Notes under the pieces: model-generated | Told to the model about the DNA's origin: nothing | The model's database searches: none | What the model saw: the letters and a program-made list of their open reading frames with translations, nothing else | Position numbers and translations under genes: made by a program | Shown: piece after piece, positions 25,837 to 32,980 of the stretch | How the letters are laid out: each line of letters opens with the position of its first letter | Position numbering within the stretch: position 1 is the first letter of the stretch | Assembly: GCA_963836665.1 (NCBI GenBank) | Contig: CAWIKL010000004.1 | Coordinates: 321,179-385,178, forward strand | Origin: an uncultured Acidobacteriota bacterium | GTDB taxonomy: Bacteria > Acidobacteriota > Vicinamibacteria > Vicinamibacterales > 2-12-FULL-66-21 | Length of the DNA stretch: 64,000 nucleotides | Direction: 5' to 3'

Positions 25837-25980
25837 TGGCGAATGCAGATTGCAGATTGCAGATTCAAGGATTGGCGATTGCGCGATTGGCAATTGCACT
25901 GGCAATTGGCAATTCCCAATTCAATCGCCAATCCCCAATCACCAATCCCTCAATCTCCAATCTGCAGTCTCCAATCGCCA
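25837..25980. repeat. Palindromic array of about 20 heptamers (GATTGCA/GATTGGC left arm, CCAATCN right arm)
   Basis: GAATGCA GATTGCA GATTGCA GATTCAA GGATTGG CGATTGC GCGATTG GCAATTG ... TCGCCAA TCCCCAA TCACCAA TCCCTCA ATCTCCA ATCTGCA GTCTCCA ATCGCCA. The right arm is the imperfect reverse complement of the left. Outer ends TGGCGA (25837-25842) and TCGCCA (25975-25980) pair perfectly. Confidence 0.95.
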
Positions 25981-25984
25981 ATGG

Positions 25985-26554
25985 TCATTTCCCGAGCAGC
26001 TCTGCGTCCTTCTTCTTCTGGATGTCGTCGACGAGTGCGATGTGTCCGTCGGTGATCTTCTGGACCTCGTCGAGGCCCTTGCGCTCGTCGTCTTCCGAGA
26101 TCTTGTGATCCTTGAGCAGCTTCTTCAGCTTGTCGTTCGCTTCGCGGCGTACCGAGCGGACGCCGTTGCGGCCTTCCTCGGCGTACTTGTGGACCAGCTT
26201 CGACATCTCTTTGCGTCGTTCTTCCGTGAGCGTCGGCAGCGGAATGCGGACGACCTTGCCGTCGTTGGCCGGGTTGAGCCCGAGATTGGCGCCGCGGATC
26301 GCTTTTTCGATCGCTCCGAGCAGTGTCGGATCGAACGGCTGCGCGACGATCAGCGTCGGCTCAGGGACCGACAACGATGCGACCTGGTTCACCGGCATCG
26401 ACGACCCGTAGGCGTCGACGTGGACGGCGTCGAGGATGTTGACCGAGGCGCGGCCGGTGCGGACGCCGGCGAGCTCGCGGCGGACGTGCTCCAGCTGGGT
26501 ATCCATCCGCTTCTTGACTTCGGCAAACAGGCCTTTCAGATCACTGACTTCCAT
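25985..26554 (-). CDS. frr: Ribosome recycling factor
   Basis: Full-length match by eye to Frr (VRTGRASVNILDAVHVDAYGSSMPVNQVASLSVPEP, LTEERRKEMSK). Confidence 0.95.
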   Translation of the reverse strand: MEVSDLKGLFAEVKKRMDTQLEHVRRELAGVRTGRASVNILDAVHVDAYGSSMPVNQVASLSVPEPTLIVAQPFDPTLLGAIEKAIRGANLGLNPANDGKVVRIPLPTLTEERRKEMSKLVHKYAEEGRNGVRSVRREANDKLKKLLKDHKISEDDERKGLDEVQKITDGHIALVDDIQKKKDAELLGK

Positions 26555-26560
26555 ATGTCC

Positions 26561-27277
26561 TCACTCCGCGGTCACCGTCGTGCCGACCGACTCGCCGGCG
26601 ATGACGCGGCGTAGATTGCCCGGCGTGCGCAGGTTGAACACGACGATCGGCAGCTTGTTGTCCATGCACAGGGAGATGGCCGTGGCGTCCATCACTTTCA
26701 ACCCCTGCTCGAGGACCTTGATGTATGAGATGCGCTCGAACTTGGTGGCCGTCGGATGGAGCATCGGGTCAGCGGTATAGATGCCGTCGACCTTGGTCCC
26801 TTTGAGGATGACCTCGGCCTTCATCTCCATCGCGCGCAGCGCGGCCGCCGTGTCGGTGGTGAAGTAGGGGTTGCCGGTGCCGGCGGCGAACACGACAACG
26901 CGCCCTTTTTCCAGGTGGCGGACGGCGCGTCGGCGGATGAACGGCTCGGCGACGGCGCGCATCTCGATCGCGGTCAACACCCGCGTATTGACGCCGCATT
27001 TTTCCAGCGAGTCCTGCAGCGCCAGCCCGTTGATGACCGTGGCCAGCATCCCCATGTAGTCGGCCGTCGCCCGGTCCATCCCCCTGGCGCTCGCCGCCAG
27101 GCCGCGGAACAGGTTGCCGCCGCCGATGACCACGGCGACCTGGACCCCGAGGCCTTGCATCTCGGCGATATCCTTCGCCACTTGCGACGTCACCCCGGGG
27201 TCGATGCCGTACTGTTGCTCGCCCATCAGGGCTTCACCGGAGAGCTTCAGCAGGACCCGGCTATAACGCGCAGACAT
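26561..27277 (-). CDS. pyrH: UMP kinase
   Basis: [41 protein letters not shown] and VDGIYTADP match PyrH. Confidence 0.95.
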   Translation of the reverse strand: MSARYSRVLLKLSGEALMGEQQYGIDPGVTSQVAKDIAEMQGLGVQVAVVIGGGNLFRGLAASARGMDRATADYMGMLATVINGLALQDSLEKCGVNTRVLTAIEMRAVAEPFIRRRAVRHLEKGRVVVFAAGTGNPYFTTDTAAALRAMEMKAEVILKGTKVDGIYTADPMLHPTATKFERISYIKVLEQGLKVMDATAISLCMDNKLPIVVFNLRTPGNLRRVIAGESVGTTVTAE

Positions 27278-27292
27278 ATCCGGACAATTATA

Positions 27293-27340
27293 TCGGGTGA
27301 TCGGGAAATCGCGTGATCGGGGAATGTGACAGTCGGGGAA
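27293..27340. repeat. Tandem octamer array TCGGGTGA-type (six units), left arm of an inverted pair
   Basis: TCGGGTGA TCGGGAAA TCGCGTGA TCGGGGAA TGTGACAG TCGGGGAA, in register from 27293. Confidence 0.85.
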
Positions 27341-27451
27341 GCCGGCCCCATCGACTGGCGGCGGGACGTGCCCCCTCCAATCGCTGACGCCGGGCGTCTA
27401 TCTGTTCGTCGTCAAAGCGCGGGCGTTCTCGCGAAGTCCCGCTGCGGTGAA

Positions 27452-27483
27452 CCGCCCGATCACCAGATCACCCGATCACCCGA
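27452..27483. repeat. Tandem octamer array TCACCCGA-type (four units), right arm of an inverted pair
   Basis: CCGCCCGA TCACCAGA TCACCCGA TCACCCGA. The last unit contains the tsf stop codon (27476-27478). CCCGATCACCCGA (27471-27483) is the exact complement of TCGGGTGATCGGG (27293-27305). Confidence 0.85.
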
Positions 27484-28078
27484 TCTCTCCCACCTTCATC
27501 CGCGTGAATCGCGCGATCGTGATGTTCTCGCCGAGGATCCGGATCGCGTCCTGCACCAGTTGCGCGATCGTGACGTTGGGGTCGCGCACTGACGCCTGAT
27601 CCATGAGGCAGAACTGCTGGTAGTAGCTATTGAGCTTGCCCTCGACGATCTTGTCGATCACCTGCGCCGGCTTGTCCTTCACCTGGTCGCGGTAGATGTC
27701 CATCTCGCGCGCCACGACGTCGGCCGGCACTTCTTCGCGGCGGACGTAGGTGGGGCTGGCCGCCGCGATGTGCATCGCGATCTCCTTGGTCAGCTCCTGG
27801 AACTTGTCGGTGCGGGCGACGAAGTCGGACTCGCAGTTGATCTCGACGAGGACGCCGATCTTCCCGCCCATGTGGATGTAGTGGCCGATCAGCCCCTCCG
27901 AGGTGGTGCGGCCGGCCTTCTTCGCCGCCGTCGCCAGGCCGCGCTTGCGGAGCAGCGTCATCGCCGCTTCGAAGTCGCCGTTGGCCTCGGTCAGCGCCGC
28001 CTTGCATTCCATCATCCCGGCGCCCGTTGCGTCGCGGAGCTTTTTCACGTCACTCGCTGAGATTGCCATAGTCGTCAT
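27476..28078 (-). CDS. tsf: Elongation factor Ts (short form)
   Basis: ISASDVKKLRDATGAGMMECKAALTEANGDFEAAMTLLRKRG and GKIGVLVEINCESDFVART match EF-Ts. Confidence 0.95.
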   Translation of the reverse strand: MTTMAISASDVKKLRDATGAGMMECKAALTEANGDFEAAMTLLRKRGLATAAKKAGRTTSEGLIGHYIHMGGKIGVLVEINCESDFVARTDKFQELTKEIAMHIAAASPTYVRREEVPADVVAREMDIYRDQVKDKPAQVIDKIVEGKLNSYYQQFCLMDQASVRDPNVTIAQLVQDAIRILGENITIARFTRMKVGEIG

Positions 28079-28115
28079 TCTCTCTCACTCCAACAGTAGC
28101 AGCGCTGTACATACA

Positions 28116-28142
28116 AACGCCGGCCAGGATTCGGCCGGCGTT
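28116..28142 (-). terminator. Strong hairpin in the rpsB-tsf spacer (attenuator/terminator candidate)
   Basis: AACGCCGGCC / GGCCGGCGTT form a perfect 10-bp stem with a 7-nt loop, followed on the minus strand by TGTATGT. A second 7-bp hairpin, GAACGGC-GGT-GCCGTTC (28147-28163), sits immediately after the rpsB stop. Confidence 0.4.
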
Positions 28143-28163
28143 CATCGAACGGCGGTGCCGTTC

Positions 28164-28970
28164 CTAAACAGACGCCGGGGTGGTGACCGCCTCGCGCGGC
28201 GCCGGGCGATTGGGCCGCGATCGTCGGCCGCGGTCGTCGCCATTGTCGCCGGCGTCGTCGGCGCGGTTGGCGTCCGCGATGCCGCGGCCGGCTACGACCG
28301 CGTCGGCGATCTTCGAGGCGAACAGACGGATCGCGCGCAGCGCGTCGTCGTTGCCGGGGATGACGAAGTCGACTTCATCGGGGTCGCAATTGGTGTCGAC
28401 CACGCCGATCACCGGGATCTTCAGCTTGCGCGCCTCGTCGACGGCGATCTTCTCCTTGCGCGTATCCACGACGAAGATCGCGTCGGGCAGCCGGCTCATG
28501 TTGCGGATGCCTTCGAGATTCTTCTGGAGCTTGCGCTTCTCCTTCTCGAACTGGGCGATTTCCTTCTTGGTCGCCGTTTCGTAGCGGCCGTCGGTTTCCA
28601 TCGCTTCGAGATCGCGGAGCCGGGCGAGGCTGCGCTGAATGGTGGTGAAGTTGGTCAGCAGCCCGCCGAGCCAGCGCTGGTTGACGAAGTACATGCCAGA
28701 GCGCAGCGCTTCTTCGGCGATCGCGTCCTGGGCCTGCCGCTTCGTGCCGACGAACAGGATCGTGCGTCCCTCGGTCGCCAGATCGTGGACGAACTGTTCG
28801 GCTTCCTTGAACAGCTTGCCCGTCTTGGCGAGGTCGATGATGTAGATCCCGTTGCGCTCGCCGAAGATGTATTGCTTCATCTTCGGGTTCCAGCGCTTCG
28901 TCTGGTGTCCGAAGTGGACGCCGGCCTCGAGTAGATCTTTTAACGCGATCCCGTTCAAATTTCCTCCCAT
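28164..28970 (-). CDS. rpsB: 30S ribosomal protein S2
   Basis: [35 protein letters not shown] and WLGGLLTNF match S2. Arg/Asp-rich C-terminal extension. Confidence 0.95.
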   Translation of the reverse strand: MGGNLNGIALKDLLEAGVHFGHQTKRWNPKMKQYIFGERNGIYIIDLAKTGKLFKEAEQFVHDLATEGRTILFVGTKRQAQDAIAEEALRSGMYFVNQRWLGGLLTNFTTIQRSLARLRDLEAMETDGRYETATKKEIAQFEKEKRKLQKNLEGIRNMSRLPDAIFVVDTRKEKIAVDEARKLKIPVIGVVDTNCDPDEVDFVIPGNDDALRAIRLFASKIADAVVAGRGIADANRADDAGDNGDDRGRRSRPNRPAPREAVTTPASV

Positions 28971-28972
28971 AC

Positions 28973-29368
28973 CTAACGCTTGCTGAACTGGAAGCGCTTG
29001 CGCGCGCCCTTCTGCCCGTACTTCTTGCGCTCCTTGATGCGCGCGTCGCGCGTCAGGAACCCTTCCTTCTTCAACTGCGGCCTGAGCTCGACGTTGTACT
29101 CGACGAGCGCGCGGGCGATGCCCAGGCGCAGCGCGCCGGCCTGGCCGGCGATGCCGCCGCCGGCGATGGTGGCCAGCACGTCGAACTTCTCAGCGGTTTC
29201 GGTCAGCGCCAGCGGGCGTCGGATCTGGGTGCGGTGCGCTTCGGTGGGGAAGGCCTGCTCGAGGGGCTTCCGGTTGATCGTGAGAACGCCGGTGCCGGGT
29301 CTCAGGAACACGCGGGCCGTCGATGTCTTGCGCCGGCCGGTGCCGTAATACTGGATTGCTGCTGCCAC
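28973..29368 (-). CDS. rpsI: 30S ribosomal protein S9
   Basis: [19 protein letters not shown] and the C-terminal [20 protein letters not shown] match S9. Confidence 0.95.
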   Translation of the reverse strand: MAAAIQYYGTGRRKTSTARVFLRPGTGVLTINRKPLEQAFPTEAHRTQIRRPLALTETAEKFDVLATIAGGGIAGQAGALRLGIARALVEYNVELRPQLKKEGFLTRDARIKERKKYGQKGARKRFQFSKR

Positions 29369-29371
29369 GAT

Positions 29372-29821
29372 TTATGCGACCTCGCTCCTGCTGCTGATCT
29401 TCTTGTCCTTCGGCTTCTGCGATTCGTGCGGGTGCGTGCCGCCCGCGTAGACCTTCAGCTTGCGCCACATCGCTTCGCCCATCTTCGTCTTCGGCAGCAT
29501 GCCGCGCACGGCCTCTTCGACGATGCGGGCCGGCTGCTTGGCGCGGACTTCCTTGGCCCGCTCCTGGCGCACGCCACCCTCGTAGCCCGAGTGGTAGCGA
29601 TACAGCTTCTGCTCTTCCTTGCGGCCGGTCAGCCGGACCTTCGCCGCGTTGACGATCACCACGTGATCGCCCGTGTCGATGTGCGGCGTGTAGACCGCCT
29701 TGTGCTTGCCCTGCAACAGGCGGGCAGCTTCCGTCGCCACCCGGCCGAGAACCTGGCCTTCGGCGTCGATGACGTGCCACTGCCTCTCCACACTGCCGGC
29801 AGTGGGAACAAACGAACGCAT
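29372..29821 (-). CDS. rplM: 50S ribosomal protein L13
   Basis: ATG 29821 (MRSFVPTAGSVERQWHVIDAEGQVLGRVATEAARLLQGKHKAVYTPHIDTGD). The track ORF start at 29860 adds 13 unlikely residues. Confidence 0.95.
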   Translation of the reverse strand: MRSFVPTAGSVERQWHVIDAEGQVLGRVATEAARLLQGKHKAVYTPHIDTGDHVVIVNAAKVRLTGRKEEQKLYRYHSGYEGGVRQERAKEVRAKQPARIVEEAVRGMLPKTKMGEAMWRKLKVYAGGTHPHESQKPKDKKISSRSEVA

Positions 29822-29999
29822 GGAATCCCTCTCTCTACCTTTCAAAGGACGGCAAACCAAGAGGATACGGGAAATTCATCATCTTGTCAACTTACAGAAG
29901 TGTCGGTCGGCCGCCAAACTCGTCAGCGAAAAAACGGCGTCCGCGTCCGCCAAATACCAGAACTGCGCAGTTCTGCCGATTTTGCACGCAGTCGCGCAA

Positions 30000-30014
30000 T
30001 GGCACTTCGCTTGC
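30000..30014 (+). promoter_or_regulatory. Sigma-54 type -24/-12 promoter candidate upstream of pilM
   Basis: TGGCACttcgcTTGC fits TGGCAC-N5-TTGC exactly. It lies 70 nt upstream of the pilM GTG (30084) and in the correct orientation. Confidence 0.55.
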
Positions 30015-30083
30015 GGAACTGGCAGATCTAGCTAGTGACTCAACAGCAACCGATAAACCACGCGATGCACGCTGGGGTGATCT

Positions 30084-31142
30084 GTGTTTCGTAGAGCGAA
30101 GGCGCTCGTCGGGCTCGACATCGGCTCGTCGGCCGTCAAGGCGGTCGAGCTCAAGCCGGCCGGCAAGTCGTATCGGGTCACAGGCTTCGGGACTGAGCCG
30201 CTGCCCCCCGACAGCATCGTCGACGGCGCCATCATCGACGCCACCGCCGTCGCCGATTCGATCCGCCGTCTGTTCGACGGGCGCGGCATCAAGACCAAGG
30301 ACGTCGTCGCGTCGCTCTCTGGCAACGCGGTCATCGTCAAGAAGATCTCTCTGCCCATGATGTCGGAGTCCGAGCTCGCCGAATCGATCTACTGGGAGGC
30401 CGAGCAATACATCCCCTTCGACATCCAGGACGTCAACCTCGATTACCAGATCCTCGACAAGGGGGACGCGGCCGCCGGCAAGGGGACGATGGACGTCCTG
30501 CTGGTCGCCGCCAAGAAGGAGAAGATTGCCGACTACACCGGCGTCATCGCCCAGGCCGGCCGCACCGCCGTGGTCGTCGACGTCGACGCCTTCGCGCTGC
30601 AGAACGCCTACGAAATCAACTACGGCATCGACGCCAACACCGTCGTCGTGCTCCTCAACGCTGGCGCCAGCGCCACCAACATCAACATTCTCCACGGCGA
30701 CCAGTCGGTCTTCACCCGCGACATCTCCATCGGCGGCAACGCCTATACCGAGGCGCTGCAGCGCGAGTTGAGCCTGCCCTTCGAGATCGCCGACGCGCTC
30801 AAGCGCGGCCAGGCGGTCGACGGGGCGACCTACGACGACGCGCGGCCGGTGCTGCGCGCGGTCACCGAAAACGTGATGCTGGAAATCCAGAAGACGTTCG
30901 ACTTCTTCAAGGCGACGGCGGCGTCGGAAAAGATCGACCGCATCATCCTCAGCGGCGGCGCCTCGCGCGCCGAGGGGTTCACCGACATGCTGACCGAGCG
31001 CTTCGAGGCGCCGGTCGAAGGGTTCGATCCGTTCCGCAAGGTCGCCTTCGACGCCAAGAAGTTCAAGACGGATCCGGCCGACATCGCGCCGACGGTGGCG
31101 GTGGCAGTCGGGCTCGGGCTGCGGCGGGTGAGCGACCGATGA
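30084..31142 (+). CDS. pilM: Type IV pilus assembly protein PilM
   Basis: Actin-like ATPase fold: VGLDIGSSAVKAVELK, SESELAESIYWEAEQYIPFDIQDVNLDYQIL, IILSGGAS. Confidence 0.9.
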   Translation: MFRRAKALVGLDIGSSAVKAVELKPAGKSYRVTGFGTEPLPPDSIVDGAIIDATAVADSIRRLFDGRGIKTKDVVASLSGNAVIVKKISLPMMSESELAESIYWEAEQYIPFDIQDVNLDYQILDKGDAAAGKGTMDVLLVAAKKEKIADYTGVIAQAGRTAVVVDVDAFALQNAYEINYGIDANTVVVLLNAGASATNINILHGDQSVFTRDISIGGNAYTEALQRELSLPFEIADALKRGQAVDGATYDDARPVLRAVTENVMLEIQKTFDFFKATAASEKIDRIILSGGASRAEGFTDMLTERFEAPVEGFDPFRKVAFDAKKFKTDPADIAPTVAVAVGLGLRRVSDR

Positions 31143-31768
31143 TTCGCATCAACCTGCTCACCACCGATCGCGGCGGGGTCGCCAAGAAGAAGCGGACCGG
31201 CGGCGGCGTCACCGCGGCGCAGCGCGTCACCATCGGTGCCGCCCTCATCCTGATCTCGACCGTCGTCGGCGTCGGCTGGTGGTTCTGGTCGCTGCGTCAG
31301 CAGGATCAGAAGCTCGACGCCGACATCGCGCGCTCCGAAGTCGAGGCCAACCAGTTGCGTTCGGTGCTGTCGAGGGTACAGACGTTCGAGGCACGTAAGG
31401 CGCAGCTGCAGCAGCGCGTCACGCTCATCGAACAGCTGCGGCGCGGGCAGCAGGGGCCGGTGCACGTCCTCGACGAGGTGAGCAAGGCGCTGCCCGATCG
31501 GCTGTGGCTCGTGTCGATGTCGCAGAAGGGCGCCGAGTTCTCGATCGCCGGCCAGACCACGTCGTTGACCGGGCTGTCCGATTTCGTCGCCAATCTCGAA
31601 TCGAGCAAGTGGTTCAAGCGCCCAGTCGAGATCGTCGACAGCACGGTGGAGCAGACGGCCAACGGCGACCTGGTGCGCTTCACCGTCAAGGCGACGTCGG
31701 ACAACCCGGACGCGCCGCCGGCGCCCCCTCCGGTGGCCGGACGCGGCGCAGCGCCGCCGGTCAGGTAA
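31139..31768 (+). CDS. pilN: Type IV pilus assembly protein PilN
   Basis: MIRINLL start, one TM helix, coiled coil, and the LSDFVANLESSKWF motif. The start overlaps the pilM stop by 4 nt. Confidence 0.85.
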   Translation: MIRINLLTTDRGGVAKKKRTGGGVTAAQRVTIGAALILISTVVGVGWWFWSLRQQDQKLDADIARSEVEANQLRSVLSRVQTFEARKAQLQQRVTLIEQLRRGQQGPVHVLDEVSKALPDRLWLVSMSQKGAEFSIAGQTTSLTGLSDFVANLESSKWFKRPVEIVDSTVEQTANGDLVRFTVKATSDNPDAPPAPPPVAGRGAAPPVR

Positions 31769-31775
31769 ATCAACG

Positions 31776-32375
31776 ATGGACATTTCGCTCAGCAAGCTGC
31801 CCTGGTACGGACAGATTGGCGCCTTCGTGGTGATGGCGGTGCTGTCGATCTACGGCTTCTACACCTACTACGTCAGCGATATGAACGCCGAAATCGCCAT
31901 GAAGCAGACGCGTCTCAACGGTCTGCGCGCCGACATCAACAAGGGCGTCGCGACAGCGCGCCGCCTCGGTGAGTTCCAGAGTCAGGTCACCGACCTCGAG
32001 CATCGGCTCGACGCGCTCAAGAACGTGCTGCCCGAACAGAAGGACGTGGCCGACACCCTGCGCCGGATCCAGGGGCTGGCGACGCAGTCGAACCTCACGT
32101 TGCTGCGCTTCACGCCGGCGACGCAGAAGCAGCAGCCGCTGTATCTCGAAGTGCCCTACCAGCTGATCGCTGACGGCAACTATCACAACCTGGCGCTCTT
32201 CTTCGACCGGGTCGCCAAGTTCCAGCGCATCATCAACGTCGGCGACATCTCGGTTGCCGCCAAGCCGCGTCAGGACACCAGCTCGACGATCACCGCGACG
32301 CTGACGGCGACGACCTTCGTTCTGCAGGAAGCCGTCGGCAAGGGAGGGCGTGGCGCTCCGCCGCCCGCACGGTGA
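31776..32375 (+). CDS. pilO: Type IV pilus assembly protein PilO
   Basis: TM helix, coiled coil, then YHNLALFFDRVAKFQRIINVGDISV, typical of PilO. Positioned between pilN and pilP. Confidence 0.8.
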   Translation: MDISLSKLPWYGQIGAFVVMAVLSIYGFYTYYVSDMNAEIAMKQTRLNGLRADINKGVATARRLGEFQSQVTDLEHRLDALKNVLPEQKDVADTLRRIQGLATQSNLTLLRFTPATQKQQPLYLEVPYQLIADGNYHNLALFFDRVAKFQRIINVGDISVAAKPRQDTSSTITATLTATTFVLQEAVGKGGRGAPPPAR

Positions 32376-32980
32376 TGCCCATGATGTTTGCCACGATCGC
32401 GCTCGCCGGGCTGATCGCCCAGGGTCCGAACCCGGTTGCCGCGATCAACGCCGCCAAGGACGCAAGGGCGAAGACCGAAGCCGCGCAGAAAAAGAACGCG
32501 GAGGCGCTCGATCCGCAGACGCCGGTCGAGAAGCCCGCGCCGGCCGGGACGCCTGCTGCCAGCGGGGCGCCAGCTGCCAGCGTGGCGCCAGGCGCGCCAG
32601 CCGCTCAAGGGGCGCCGACCGCGCCAGGGGCTGGCTACACCTACGACCCGGCCGGCCGCCGCGATCCGTTCATCTCGCTCCTCGGACGCGGCGGTGAGAC
32701 GCCGGCGCCGGGCGGGGCACGGCCGCAGGGGCTGCCGGGGTTGCTGATCAACGAGATGACCCTCAAGGGTGTGATGCGGACCCCGAAGGGGGATTTCGTC
32801 GCGCTGCTGCAGGCGCCCGACAGCAAGTCGTACATCGGCCACGCCGGGGAGAAGGTGCTCGACGGCGCGATCAAGACCATCACCGCCGGCGAAGTGGTGT
32901 TCACGCAGGACGTCAACGACCCGCTCTCGCTGGTGAAGCAGCGCGAGGTGCGGAAAGCGATTCGGCCGGAGGCACGGTGA
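32372..32980 (+). CDS. pilP: Type IV pilus assembly protein PilP
   Basis: YTYDPAGRRDPFISLL followed by LTLKGVMRTPKGDFVALLQAPDSKSYIGHAGEKV (PilP beta-sandwich pattern). Pro/Ala-rich linker. Confidence 0.7.
   Translation: MMPMMFATIALAGLIAQGPNPVAAINAAKDARAKTEAAQKKNAEALDPQTPVEKPAPAGTPAASGAPAASVAPGAPAAQGAPTAPGAGYTYDPAGRRDPFISLLGRGGETPAPGGARPQGLPGLLINEMTLKGVMRTPKGDFVALLQAPDSKSYIGHAGEKVLDGAIKTITAGEVVFTQDVNDPLSLVKQREVRKAIRPEAR

Noticed and set aside
25836-25905. N-terminal extensions of thrC (to 25905), the GHMP kinase (to 3953) and nagZ (from 3538), and small ORFs such as 25716-25931 and 25836-26108
   Set aside because: The extensions consist only of translated repeat units or overlap the neighbouring gene. 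Conserved protein N-termini begin at 25836, 3497 and about 3577.
30019-30034. A second TGGCA-like element (cTGGCAGatctaGCTAG) just downstream of the sigma-54 candidate
   Set aside because: The -12 region lacks TTGC, so it does not fit the -24/-12 consensus.
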